A stretch of 64,000 nucleotides of DNA from a virus (lineage: Duplodnaviria > Heunggongvirae > Uroviricota > Caudoviricetes). A program made the translations under genes and the position numbers. The stretch is taken from IMG/VR virus record IMGVR_UViG_3300008107_010192, positions 11,507 to 75,506 of that record. One strand, given 5' to 3'. Below the pieces are notes generated by a model. It searched no databases and had not been told where the DNA came from. It saw only the letters and a list, made by a program, of their open reading frames with translations. This document shows, piece after piece, positions 46,184 to 54,982 of this stretch; the first letter of the stretch is position 1, and every line of letters begins with the position of its first letter.

Positions 46184-49100
46184 ATGGCAAATTATAGAAT
46201 TTTAGGACAAGAAACTGTTAACAATTCGGTAAGTCCGGGACCTACCCTTGTAACACTTTATACGGTTCCTCAAAATGCTTCCATTCTAATCAATGCAATA
46301 ACCGGATATAATGAGGGATTTAATAGTGGATATCTTACCGTTGCAGTAAAAAGGAACGGGGACGAGGACTATTCTCCAGATCAAATTGTTATAAATACTC
46401 CCTTAGCACCCGGTGCTTCAATACAAATTTCTCCTCAATTTTCTCCTGTTGGTTTAACTGCCGGCGACGTAATACTTTTAGTTGGTAATTATTCTCCTGC
46501 CCCTACAACAGTAGCGGTAACCTTATTCGGTGAAGACGGGGCTTCTAGCGGTGGATCCGGCAATGCAGGAACATCCGGAACTTCAGGAAACAGTGGGGGC
46601 TCAAGTACTTCAGGAAGTAATGGTACTAGCGGGACTTCGGGAACTAATGGATCTACAGGAACTGGTGGTACTAGTGGTACCTCTGGAATGAACGGATCTA
46701 TCGGAACTAATGGTACGAGTGGAACCTCAGGTGAAACCTTCGGAACTAGTGGAACGTCAGGGGCAGCTGGTGCTCCTGGAGCAGCGGGATCTTCTGGAAC
46801 ATCTGGGGTTTCCGGAGCATCTGGTTCTTCTGGAACCTCTGGGGTTTCCGGAGCATCCGGTTCTTCCGGAACATCGGGAAATTCAGGTTCTTCTGGAACA
46901 TCTGGGATTTCCGGGGCATCTGGTTCTTCCGGAACATCAGGAAATTCGGGATCCTCTGGTACATCAGGAAATTCGGGAACCTCTGGTACTTCGGGAGAAT
47001 CTGGTTCTGCTGGTACATCCGGATCATCTGGAACATCAGGAAACTCCGGGTCATCCGGTACATCAGGAAACTCCGGGTCCTCCGGTACATCAGGAAATTC
47101 GGGAACCTCTGGTACTTCTGGGGAATCTGGCTCTTCTGGAACATCAGGATTCTCTGGGTCCTCCGGAACATCAGGAAACTCCGGGTCATCCGGTACATCA
47201 GGATCCTCTGGAGAACCCGGTTCTGCCGGAACATCGGGATCCTCAGGTACATCTGGTACATCAGGAAACTCCGGGTCATCCGGTACATCAGGGTCATCCG
47301 GTACATCAGGGTCCTCTGGTACATCTGGTGCTGATGGTACATCCGGTTCTTCCGGAACCTCGGGAAACCCTGGATCATCAGGGACCTCTGGAACATCAGG
47401 AAACTCTGGATCATCGGGGACATCCGGATCCGCTGGAACTTCTGGTTTAAGCGGAATATCTGCAGGACAGATTTATTATTTTAACCAATCTCAGTCTTCT
47501 GACATTTCTCCATATAAAGTCCTTAGTGTTTACCCATCAGGAGCTGCTGAACAAACAGTTCCTATGGTATTAACGGGCGGGCAATTGAATGTTCTGGTAA
47601 GTCAATTCCTGACCCCCGAATTGGGATTTGCTGTAATTCCACCAGGCACTCAGAGATTTCATCTGCATTTTTTAAAACAACAGTTTAATGATGACATAGA
47701 TGGCTATGTTACCATAGAACTTGCAAATTCGTCAGGTGTAGGATATGGCACTATTATTCAATCAAACAAAGCTTTAATTGGATGGGTGAGTGTTTCTCAA
47801 TCTTATGAGCTGTTGGTTGATATTGTTTTACCTTCAGTATACATAAACACCACAGACAGAATGATTGTCAAGGTTTACGTTGACAATAATGAAGCAACCG
47901 TCAGAAATTTAACTTGGTACACAGAGGGGGCTCAAAACTATTCATATGTAATCACATCGGTTGGAGCAATTGTAGCAAGCTCTGGAACGTCAGGGAGTTC
48001 TGGAACTAGTGGATCAAGCGGAACTTCGGGATCCGGGGGTTCATCAGGAACTAGCGGATCTAGTGGATCGGAGGGAACTTCAGGTAGCTCTGGTACTTCC
48101 GGCAGTTCTGGAACCTCTGGAGAAGATGGAACTTCAGGTAGCTCTGGTACTTCCGGCAGTTCTGGAACCTCTGGAGAAGATGGAACTTCGGGATCTGGGG
48201 GTTCATCAGGAACTAGCGGATCTAGTGGATCGGAGGGAACTTCAGGTAGCTCTGGTACTTCGGGAACCTCTGGAGAAGATGGAACTTCAGGTAGCTCTGG
48301 TACTTCGGGAACCTCTGGAGAAGATGGAACTAGTGGATCTTCAGGTACATCAGGAACCTCGGGGGTGTGCGAGTGTCCACACAGCTACACTATCACGGCT
48401 CCAACGGATATCACGTGTTACTCTTTAACAAATGACGGAGATCCCGACAACGTAAATAGTACAAACTATCTCGATTGTAACGGGAATCCTGCGGTCATTT
48501 ACAATAAAATTTTTCTCACACCAGCTACTTATTTCTGTGCTCAGACCGGATCTGTTACAACTGATTCGGGGCTCACTGTAATATCAGTACCTGATGATCC
48601 TGGATCTTGCGACGGATGTTGCGATGGATATGCTTATTCTTATACCGACGAAACAGATACTATCATAAGTGGAATCATATATGACGGAGAATCTCTAACT
48701 TTCTGTGCGATCCCAGGATCTGTAGTTTGGTCCCATACAATAGTAGACAATGGGCATTGTGTAGGAAGTTCAGGTACTTCCGGCAGTTCTGGTTCGAATG
48801 GTACGTCAGGTAGCTCTGGTACTTCCGGCAGTTCTGGTTCGAATGGTACGTCAGGTAGCTCTGGTACTTCCGGCAGTTCTGGATCTTCTGGGACATCAGG
48901 AACTGATGGTTCCTCCGGTAGTACAGGTACTTCTGGTTCTTCCGGCAGTTCTGGATCTTCTGGGACATCAGGAACTGATGGTTCCTCCGGTAGTACAGGT
49001 ACTTCTGGATCCTCAGGGTCATCTGGAACTTCCGGAACTGATGGATCTTCAGGTACATCAGGTAACTCTGGTTCTTCTGGAACCTCAGGATCAGCAGGTA

Positions 49101-49315
49101 CATCAGGAAATGAGGGTCCCCCTGGATCTTCGGGAACGTCAGGAATTGATGGAACCAACGGATCGACAGGTTCTTCTGGAACCTCAGGAAACTCTGGTTC
49201 TTCAGGTACTTCAGGTACTTCAGGTAGTTCTGGTTCAACTGGTACTTCAGGTAGTTCTGGTTCTTCTGGAACCTCTGGTTCTTCTGGTTCAACTGGTACT
49301 TCAGGTACTTCGTAG
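46184..49315 (+). CDS. collagen-like repeat fibre protein (tail-fibre/tailspike candidate), N-terminal reading frame ending at a frameshift
   Basis: Hundreds of Gly-X-Y triplets (GTSGSSGTSGNSG...) interrupted by two globular inserts, one Cys-rich (VCECPH...CDGCCDGY). Frame ends at TAG 49313-49315 inside the repeat, where ggtacttcAGgtagttctgg appears as ggtacttc--gtagttctgg. Confidence 0.55.
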   Translation: MANYRILGQETVNNSVSPGPTLVTLYTVPQNASILINAITGYNEGFNSGYLTVAVKRNGDEDYSPDQIVINTPLAPGASIQISPQFSPVGLTAGDVILLVGNYSPAPTTVAVTLFGEDGASSGGSGNAGTSGTSGNSGGSSTSGSNGTSGTSGTNGSTGTGGTSGTSGMNGSIGTNGTSGTSGETFGTSGTSGAAGAPGAAGSSGTSGVSGASGSSGTSGVSGASGSSGTSGNSGSSGTSGISGASGSSGTSGNSGSSGTSGNSGTSGTSGESGSAGTSGSSGTSGNSGSSGTSGNSGSSGTSGNSGTSGTSGESGSSGTSGFSGSSGTSGNSGSSGTSGSSGEPGSAGTSGSSGTSGTSGNSGSSGTSGSSGTSGSSGTSGADGTSGSSGTSGNPGSSGTSGTSGNSGSSGTSGSAGTSGLSGISAGQIYYFNQSQSSDISPYKVLSVYPSGAAEQTVPMVLTGGQLNVLVSQFLTPELGFAVIPPGTQRFHLHFLKQQFNDDIDGYVTIELANSSGVGYGTIIQSNKALIGWVSVSQSYELLVDIVLPSVYINTTDRMIVKVYVDNNEATVRNLTWYTEGAQNYSYVITSVGAIVASSGTSGSSGTSGSSGTSGSGGSSGTSGSSGSEGTSGSSGTSGSSGTSGEDGTSGSSGTSGSSGTSGEDGTSGSGGSSGTSGSSGSEGTSGSSGTSGTSGEDGTSGSSGTSGTSGEDGTSGSSGTSGTSGVCECPHSYTITAPTDITCYSLTNDGDPDNVNSTNYLDCNGNPAVIYNKIFLTPATYFCAQTGSVTTDSGLTVISVPDDPGSCDGCCDGYAYSYTDETDTIISGIIYDGESLTFCAIPGSVVWSHTIVDNGHCVGSSGTSGSSGSNGTSGSSGTSGSSGSNGTSGSSGTSGSSGSSGTSGTDGSSGSTGTSGSSGSSGSSGTSGTDGSSGSTGTSGSSGSSGTSGTDGSSGTSGNSGSSGTSGSAGTSGNEGPPGSSGTSGIDGTNGSTGSSGTSGNSGSSGTSGTSGSSGSTGTSGSSGSSGTSGSSGSTGTSGTS

Positions 49316-50822
49316 TTCTGGTTCTTCTGGAACCTCAGGAAACTCTGGATCTTCTGGAACCTCTGGAGCATCAGGATCTTCTGGAACCTCAGGAAACTCT
49401 GGTTCTTCTGGAACCTCTGGAGCATCAGGTAGTTCTGGTTCTTCTGGAACCTCTGGAGCATCAGGATCTTCTGGAACCTCAGGAAACTCTGGATCTTCTG
49501 GAACCTCAGGAAACTCTGGATCTTCTGGAACCTCTGGAGCATCAGGATCTTCTGGAACCTCAGGAAACTCTGGATCTTCTGGAACCTCTGGAGCATCAGG
49601 ATCTTCTGGAACCTCTGGAGCATCGGGAGCTAATGGATCTTCTGGAACCTCTGGAGCATCAGGATCTTCTGGAACCTCTGGAGCATCAGGAGCTAATGGA
49701 TCTTCTGGAACCTCTGGAGCATCAGGAGCTAATGGATCTTCTGGAACCTCAGGAAACTCTGGTTCTTCTGGAACCTCTGGAGCATCAGGAGCTAATGGAT
49801 CTTCTGGAACCTCAGGATCTTCTGGAACCCGAGGTTCCTCAGGAACTTCAGGAGCTTCCGGTGGAAACGGAACATCCGGAACTTCAGGAGCTTCCGGGGG
49901 AAGCGGAACATCCGGAACTTCGGGAGCTTCTAGTTCAGCAATATCTAGTAATAACATCGACAACTATGTTGTTACCATGACTGGAAACAATTCCACGCCT
50001 TTCCAAGGGGAGCCTAACTTAACATTCGATAATACGAGACTTTTTGTAACTGGGAAAGTAAGGGTTTATCAAAATCCATTAAGCATAAGTTCAGGAAGTC
50101 TTTCTTGGCCTTTAAGATCTGGAGCAAATGCAACAGTTACTTTAAATCAAAATGTAACTACGTTTACACTTAGCGAATTTGAAGCTGGAGATACTGGGGT
50201 ATTAATAGTAAAACAAGATGCTACTGGAGGTAGAACAATGGTACTTCCCTCTAGTTCACAAGTAGTTGGAGGAGGATCTTATACCCCAACATCCGCTGCA
50301 AACTCACAAGACGTTCTTGGAGTTTACTACGACGGAACAACATATTTCTGGACCATTGGGCTCGCTAGTGTTACAGGTAACTTACTTACAATAAACAATA
50401 ATGCAGATCACAGAATATTGACTGCAACTGGTAGTGCTACTTCGATAGACGGAGAAACAGGATTGACTTATAACAGCAGTACATTAGCAGTAACTGGAGC
50501 AATCACAGCAACAGGAGATATCACTGCTTATTCATCTTCGGATGAAAGATTAAAGGATAATATTTCGGTTATTCAGGATGCTTTGGAAAAGGTCTCTAGC
50601 ATAAGAGGAGTGGAATTTGATTGGAACGACAAGGCTCATGAAGTTAATAGAGGTCACGATCTTGGAGTAATTGCTCAAGAGCTGATTAAAGTTCTTCCTG
50701 ATGCAGTTAAAGAAAGAGAAGATGGATATTATGGGGTAAGATATGACAGAATTATACCTCTTCTCATAGAGGCTATAAAAGACTTAAGAAAAGAAATAGA
50801 AGAACTTAAAAGAGAAAAATAA
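49314..50822 (+). CDS. collagen-like fibre protein, C-terminal part in the shifted frame, ending in an intramolecular-chaperone (peptidase S74-like) domain
   Basis: Continues the GSSGTSG repeats, then a beta-rich domain and C-terminal SSDERLKDNISVIQDALEKV...DLGVIAQELIKVLPDAV...YDRIIPLLIEAIKDLRKEIEELK (S74/CIMCD consensus with the Ser-Lys dyad). ORF-track 48798..50822 covers this frame. Confidence 0.55.
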   Translation, partial: SSGSSGTSGNSGSSGTSGASGSSGTSGNSGSSGTSGASGSSGSSGTSGASGSSGTSGNSGSSGTSGNSGSSGTSGASGSSGTSGNSGSSGTSGASGSSGTSGASGANGSSGTSGASGSSGTSGASGANGSSGTSGASGANGSSGTSGNSGSSGTSGASGANGSSGTSGSSGTRGSSGTSGASGGNGTSGTSGASGGSGTSGTSGASSSAISSNNIDNYVVTMTGNNSTPFQGEPNLTFDNTRLFVTGKVRVYQNPLSISSGSLSWPLRSGANATVTLNQNVTTFTLSEFEAGDTGVLIVKQDATGGRTMVLPSSSQVVGGGSYTPTSAANSQDVLGVYYDGTTYFWTIGLASVTGNLLTINNNADHRILTATGSATSIDGETGLTYNSSTLAVTGAITATGDITAYSSSDERLKDNISVIQDALEKVSSIRGVEFDWNDKAHEVNRGHDLGVIAQELIKVLPDAVKEREDGYYGVRYDRIIPLLIEAIKDLRKEIEELKREK

Positions 50823-51175
50823 TGACACATTTAGAGCCAGTAATAGTTCAAAATGAAATACCTCCATACTTTGATATTTACTTTGAAAACACCCTTCCAG
50901 AAGGTGAGGATGAATTTTCTTTTTCTTTTGGACCCCAACCGGGATACGATACTTGGGAGATAGAATTCGCTGAAGGATCAACTGATTGGGAGGTTAAACC
51001 TGATGGCTGGGTACAGATTGAAATAGGATGGGGTCAAGAAACATATTTAACCCCTTTCCATCATTTGAACCAAATAATACATTTAGAATTTAATAGAATC
51101 CATGTGATGAAACCCGGAACTCTAAAAACATTAAAATTAAGAGGTAGAAGAATAGCATTGAAAGATAAATCATGA
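50822..51175 (+). CDS. hypothetical protein (fibre-associated?)
   Basis: 117-aa ORF starting at the fibre-gene stop (ATGA-type overlap). Confidence 0.35.
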   Translation: MTHLEPVIVQNEIPPYFDIYFENTLPEGEDEFSFSFGPQPGYDTWEIEFAEGSTDWEVKPDGWVQIEIGWGQETYLTPFHHLNQIIHLEFNRIHVMKPGTLKTLKLRGRRIALKDKS

Positions 51176-51876
51176 GCCAGAGATATTACATGACCAGCTT
51201 AGGAAGAAGGCCTACTGGACCATCTACTGCTATCATCGGTAGTGATGCCGATGTTCTGATGTTCAGATATGTTTGGCCAGGAACTTTGAATGGAGGTGAT
51301 GCTGATACATTCACTGGCATTGAACCAGGAACTGGTACATCCTATGATGGTATAAAAAATGCTAGCGGGGCACCAACCCGTTATGTTGGATATGCTCCAG
51401 GGGGAGGAATGACATCTACTGTGGGCTCGACGACAGGCATAAATACCTCAACAACACTCATTTATTGGGCTGGTGATAATACCTCAACTGCTGGACAGGA
51501 AGTTGTTTTAGTTAGACCCAAATCAATAGCTGCATTAGACACCTCTATAACAAGATGGAAAATCGGAATATATCTCAATTGGTATGATACAGTAGGGGTT
51601 GGGTGTATGGACTTTATAATCAGGTGCTACAGTGGTTCAACTTTCTCGGATACCGGTACAGACATCAGTGCATCAGGGGGAACGCTTTTAAGAACTTACC
51701 TGTTTAATGCTAATACAAACAACCAAAATAATCCCTCTGGGACTGGATACCCATCGAATGGTATCAATGGATATGCTCAAATCGGTATTTTTGAATTTTT
51801 TTCCAGTGGAGATGGGTTTTTTAGATATAATCTAACCTCTATCGGGAGCTGCAGTACTGAGAATGATATGGCTTAA
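51172..51876 (+). CDS. hypothetical Gly/Thr/Ser-rich beta protein (possible fibre or receptor-binding accessory)
   Basis: 234-aa ORF, Gly/Thr/Ser-rich, follows the fibre genes. Confidence 0.35.
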   Translation: MSQRYYMTSLGRRPTGPSTAIIGSDADVLMFRYVWPGTLNGGDADTFTGIEPGTGTSYDGIKNASGAPTRYVGYAPGGGMTSTVGSTTGINTSTTLIYWAGDNTSTAGQEVVLVRPKSIAALDTSITRWKIGIYLNWYDTVGVGCMDFIIRCYSGSTFSDTGTDISASGGTLLRTYLFNANTNNQNNPSGTGYPSNGINGYAQIGIFEFFSSGDGFFRYNLTSIGSCSTENDMA

Positions 51877-52060
51877 TTTTTTTGTAACTTTTTTGTATAT
51901 TTGTATAAAATAGATATTCAAACGATATATAGATCAATTAACATGAAAAAAGGTTTCAACATATTGCCCCTTCATAGTTCGTTATCATCTTCAACAAGAA
52001 GACCGATAACCCCTGTGGAGAATCTGGGCAATTAAGAAACTTAAATTCATTTTAGTTCTA

Positions 52061-52098
52061 AAAAACCCAGATCTCCTTCAAAAGAGGTCTGGGTTTTT
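52061..52098. terminator. bidirectional rho-independent terminator hairpin
   Basis: AAAAACCCAGATCTC-CTTCAAAA-GAGGTCTGGGTTTTT: 15-bp stem (one G.U) flanked by A5 and T5. The same core recurs at 58825. Confidence 0.5.
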
Positions 52099-52130
52099 AT
52101 TTAGGGTTCTTTGACATTGTGGAAAATAAC

Positions 52131-52217
52131 GGAGGCTTGGCAGAGCGGTCGAATGCGGCAGTCTTGAAAACTGCTTTACGGGTAACTGTAACCGGGGTTC
52201 GAATCCCTGAGCCTCCG
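52131..52217 (+). tRNA. tRNA-Ser (anticodon TGA)
   Basis: GGAGGCT/AGCCTCC acceptor, anticodon arm GCAGT-CTTGAAA-ACTGC, long variable arm, T-loop TTCGAAT. Confidence 0.8.
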
Positions 52218-52222
52218 CAATT

Positions 52223-52295
52223 GCCTCCTTAGCTCAGCTGGTAGAGCGACGCACTTGTAATGCGTAGGTCATTGGTTCGATCCCGATAGGAGGCT
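52223..52295 (+). tRNA. tRNA-Thr (anticodon TGT)
   Basis: GCCTCCT/AGGAGGC acceptor, D-arm TAGCTCAGCTGGTAGAGC, anticodon arm ACGCA-CTTGTAA-TGCGT, T-loop TTCGATC. Confidence 0.8.
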
Positions 52296-52366
52296 CGATA
52301 CTAACGTAAAACTTGTACACTAACATAATCCTTGTTAGCGTACAAAAAGTTCGTTAGCAGTCAAAT

Positions 52367-52453
52367 AGAGAGGTGTCCGAGAGGCTGATGGAGCACGCTT
52401 GGAAAGCGTGTTTACGAGCGATCGTAACAAGGGTTCGAATCCCTTTCTCTCTG
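52367..52453 (+). tRNA. tRNA-Ser (anticodon GGA)
   Basis: AGAGAGG/TCTCTCT acceptor, TG-TCCGAGAGGCTGA D-arm, anticodon arm CACGC-TTGGAAA-GCGTG, long variable arm, T-arm AAGGG-TTCGAAT-CCCTT. Confidence 0.7.
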
Positions 52454-52458
52454 CACAT

Positions 52459-52562
52459 GCCGGTGTGGCGGAATGATGACTTGGCCAGTCATAGACGTCC
52501 CTGATCTAGAGTGGGGGTGTAACCGAAAAGGACACCGTGAAGGTAAACAACCCTTCCACCGG
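52459..52562 (+). other. aberrant tRNA-like element (pseudo-tRNA or tRNA with inserted hairpin)
   Basis: Perfect acceptor pairing GCCGGTG...CACCGGC-A-CC; the Leu/Tyr-type D-arm start TG-GCGGAAT is interrupted by a 17-nt hairpin ATGACT-TGGCC-AGTCAT. No clean 7-nt anticodon loop, and T-loop TAAACAAC is non-canonical. Total ~104 nt. Confidence 0.3.
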
Positions 52563-52570
52563 CACCTTTT

Positions 52571-52656
52571 GCCTGGGTGTTGGAATAGGTAGACAAGACA
52601 GACTTAAAATCTGTTGGACTGCAAAGTCCGTGCGGGTTCGATTCCCGCCCCAGGTA
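52571..52656 (+). tRNA. tRNA-Leu (anticodon TAA)
   Basis: GCCTGGG/CCCAGGT acceptor (G1.U72), anticodon arm ACAGA-CTTAAAA-TCTGT, long variable arm, T-arm GCGGG-TTCGATT-CCCGC. Confidence 0.8.
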
Positions 52657-52753
52657 CAAACCAAAAACAGCGTCGAGCCACATTTTGCGTCGTTCTTGGT
52701 CTAGATCTTCTCAACGGGAGAGGTGGCCGCGACCCCGAGGAGATCACCAAATT

Positions 52754-52827
<74 letters not shown>

Positions 52828-52836
52828 CATTAAAAT

Positions 52837-52910
52837 GTTGGATGTAGCTCAGTTGGCAGAGCACTAGCTTGTGGCGCTAGATGTCGCCGGTTCGATCCCG
52901 GTCGTTCAAC
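52837..52910 (+). tRNA. tRNA-His (anticodon GTG) with encoded G-1
   Basis: G(-1)-TTGGATG ... anticodon arm CTAGC-TTGTGGC-GCTAG, T-arm GCCGG-TTCGATC-CCGGT, acceptor 3' CGTTCAA, discriminator C73 opposite G-1. Confidence 0.75.
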
Positions 52911-52916
52911 CATTAT

Positions 52917-52993
52917 CGAGTAGTTCGGGAGTCAGGTTACCCGGCTTGGTTTGGGACCAAGACAACTCGCAAGTTCGAATCTTGCCTACTCGA
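52917..52993 (+). tRNA. tRNA-Pro (anticodon TGG)
   Basis: Acceptor CGAGTAG/CTACTCG, D-stem CGGG/CCCG, anticodon arm CTTGG-TTTGGGA-CCAAG, T-arm GCAAG-TTCGAAT-CTTGC; variable loop appears 7 nt. Confidence 0.65.
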
Positions 52994-52999
52994 CAAAAA

Positions 53000-53090
53000 G
53001 GAGAGGTGCCTGAGTGGCCGAAAGGGCCGGTTTGCTAAACCGTTGTACGGACTTAAATCTGTACCGAGGGTTCGAATCCCTCCCTCTCCG
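53000..53090 (+). tRNA. tRNA-Ser (anticodon GCT)
   Basis: GGAGAGG/CCTCTCC acceptor, anticodon arm CCGGT-TTGCTAA-ACCG, long variable arm, T-arm GAGGG-TTCGAAT-CCCTC. Confidence 0.8.
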
Positions 53091-53150
53091 CGTAGATTCT
53101 AAGCTAATTTTCTTTCCAGTAGGATATATAAATGGACATAAAAATAGGAA

Positions 53151-53846
53151 ATGGAAATTATCACTAGATTTTTAGACTTCGTTAACGAGTCCATGATTTT
53201 AGAGTATCGCCCCAAGTCAGAACAAACCGGGGCTTACTCTATTTTTAAAATCACATTCTCCAATGGAGAAACACATTATGGACAACTAAGGGGTATTATC
53301 GACCCCGATGTTTATCTTAATACACTAAGATCCGGAGCTAAAAACGCAGCATCAAAAACGAGGTTGCAAGAAAGAATTCTTTTCGAAGAGCCAAATCCAG
53401 ACACAGAACTAGTCTTTTTTTCAAAAGACGAGGGTGAGGTTGTTGAAAAAATGAAAGATCTAGTTAAGAATGATCCTGACAGCATAAATACCCTGAATAT
53501 GATAGGGTTAAAAAGAAGACTCGGTGTCAAGAATAAAACCATTTCAGTTCCGATTGATAAAACATATCTTTCTTCCGATGATCAAATTTTCATAGAAATG
53601 GATTATGCTATGAACGATCCGGAATTAAAATTAAGAGTTGATCTAGGAAAGACAGCATATAATCCAATAAACAGGAAAAAGTATGTTAAATCGAAAAACA
53701 AGAATTATATTAAACTAATTTCATTGGAAAAACCCACAGAATTTTCTGGCGAAACTGACTATCCCTATAAAGAATTAATACCCACAGAGGAAATGACAGC
53801 GGATTATATCAAGCAGTACTTTGGATTGGGTAAATACTCGAGATAA
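53151..53846 (+). CDS. hypothetical protein
   Basis: 231-aa ORF between tRNA arrays; no motif recognised. Confidence 0.35.
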   Translation: MEIITRFLDFVNESMILEYRPKSEQTGAYSIFKITFSNGETHYGQLRGIIDPDVYLNTLRSGAKNAASKTRLQERILFEEPNPDTELVFFSKDEGEVVEKMKDLVKNDPDSINTLNMIGLKRRLGVKNKTISVPIDKTYLSSDDQIFIEMDYAMNDPELKLRVDLGKTAYNPINRKKYVKSKNKNYIKLISLEKPTEFSGETDYPYKELIPTEEMTADYIKQYFGLGKYSR

Positions 53847-53886
53847 GTCCCTTAAATCACGCAACTTCTTAAAATTTAATAATATT

Positions 53887-53960
53887 GGACCTGTAGCTCA
53901 GTTGGTTAGAGCACCTGACTCATAATCAGTAGGTCCCTGGTTCGAGCCCAGGCTGGTCCA
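53887..53960 (+). tRNA. tRNA-Met/Ile2 (anticodon CAT, elongator type)
   Basis: GGACCTG acceptor, TAGCTCAGTTGGTTAGAGC D-arm, anticodon loop CTCATAA, T-arm CCTGG-TTCGAGC-CCAGG. Lacks initiator features, so elongator Met or lysidine-Ile. Confidence 0.7.
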
Positions 53961-53968
53961 CGATATTT

Positions 53969-54907
53969 TTGTTATGTATGAAAACTATTTGGGTTTTAGA
54001 GGACATAAAAAAAGATGGAGAATTTTTCCTTCATGAGGTTGAGCTCGTTTGTCTGATTGCATCAGTTTCGAATTGGAAGGTGTTATATCCGGAATGTGAA
54101 ACTGTAATTTATGTGTGTCCCTCAGTTTACAATTATCTAGAAAAAATTGGAATTTTAAATTTATGGGACAGTGTAGAAACTAATCCTTTATCAAAAAGTG
54201 ATAATATTAATAGAAGAGCTTTCTGGACTGCTTCCAAGCTGAAGTGTATGAAAAACATAGAAGCTCCTTTCATAATGATGGATTGTGATTTATATTTCAA
54301 AAGAAAAACATTTGAAATCAAGGACTTATCCAAATACGATATAATAGTTAATCAGATCGAAGAAGGAGTAAAGGTTTATCCCAGCATCAAAGACAAAATA
54401 CTAAATCAGATAGTAAATGAATATCCGATTAAATTCGGATGGAAAAACACACATTCAACCAACGTTTCATTCCTTTATATAAATAATGAAGATTTTAGAA
54501 TGGAATATGCTAACATCTCATTGGAATGGATGGAAATCCTTTCGCAAAGATTTTGGGACGATCCTGATTTGAACGGAAAATATATGGTTTTTTGTGAACA
54601 GAAGATTTTAAAAGAGCTTGGGGATTTAAGAGTTCAAAAGATAGCAGCTCTTTCTCCACAATTCTTTTTCGGAGAAGAAAATACAATTCTGAATATCCCT
54701 GATGAATATGGAACTTTTTCAATGAATGACAGTCTAGATTATTCTCATCTCCATGCGAATAAAAGATTTGTTCTCAAGGACAGGAGTCTTTTTTTAGATA
54801 TAAGAAGCGATATTATAGAATCCATGGTAAATCTAAATAGTTTTACTATGAAACTTTTGCATCAGATATTACTTAAAAATAAAGAAATAATTGGCCCAGT
54901 GGCGTAA
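53969..54907 (+). CDS. GT-A-like putative glycosyltransferase
   Basis: AFWTASKLKCMKNIEAPFIMMDCDLYF fits the W..K........y..i.lD.D core of GT-A enzymes. Last 15 nt overlap the 5' end of the following tRNA-Leu. Confidence 0.35.
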   Translation: MLCMKTIWVLEDIKKDGEFFLHEVELVCLIASVSNWKVLYPECETVIYVCPSVYNYLEKIGILNLWDSVETNPLSKSDNINRRAFWTASKLKCMKNIEAPFIMMDCDLYFKRKTFEIKDLSKYDIIVNQIEEGVKVYPSIKDKILNQIVNEYPIKFGWKNTHSTNVSFLYINNEDFRMEYANISLEWMEILSQRFWDDPDLNGKYMVFCEQKILKELGDLRVQKIAALSPQFFFGEENTILNIPDEYGTFSMNDSLDYSHLHANKRFVLKDRSLFLDIRSDIIESMVNLNSFTMKLLHQILLKNKEIIGPVA

Positions 54908-54974
54908 TTGGTAGCCGCACTAGACTTAGGATCTAGTGTCGAAAGACGTGGGGGTTCGAGTCCCTCCTGGGTCA
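54893..54974 (+). tRNA. tRNA-Leu (anticodon TAG)
   Basis: GGCCCAG/CTGGGTC acceptor, TG-GCG-TAATTGGTAG-CCGC D-arm, anticodon arm CTAGA-CTTAGGA-TCTAG, long variable arm, T-arm GGGGG-TTCGAGT-CCCTC. Confidence 0.75.
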
Positions 54975-54982
54975 CACAGAAA

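Noticed and set aside
46710-49980. Multiple long ORFs on both strands inside the collagen-like repeat (46710..47450+, 46746..47423-, 48009..48428+, 48640..49623-, 48675..49292-, 49301..49963-, 49633..49980+)
   Set aside because: Alternative-frame and antisense translations of the GGT/TCT-rich Gly-X-Y repeat. They give low-complexity Q/L/P/E-rich products with no independent signals and are nested in the fibre gene.
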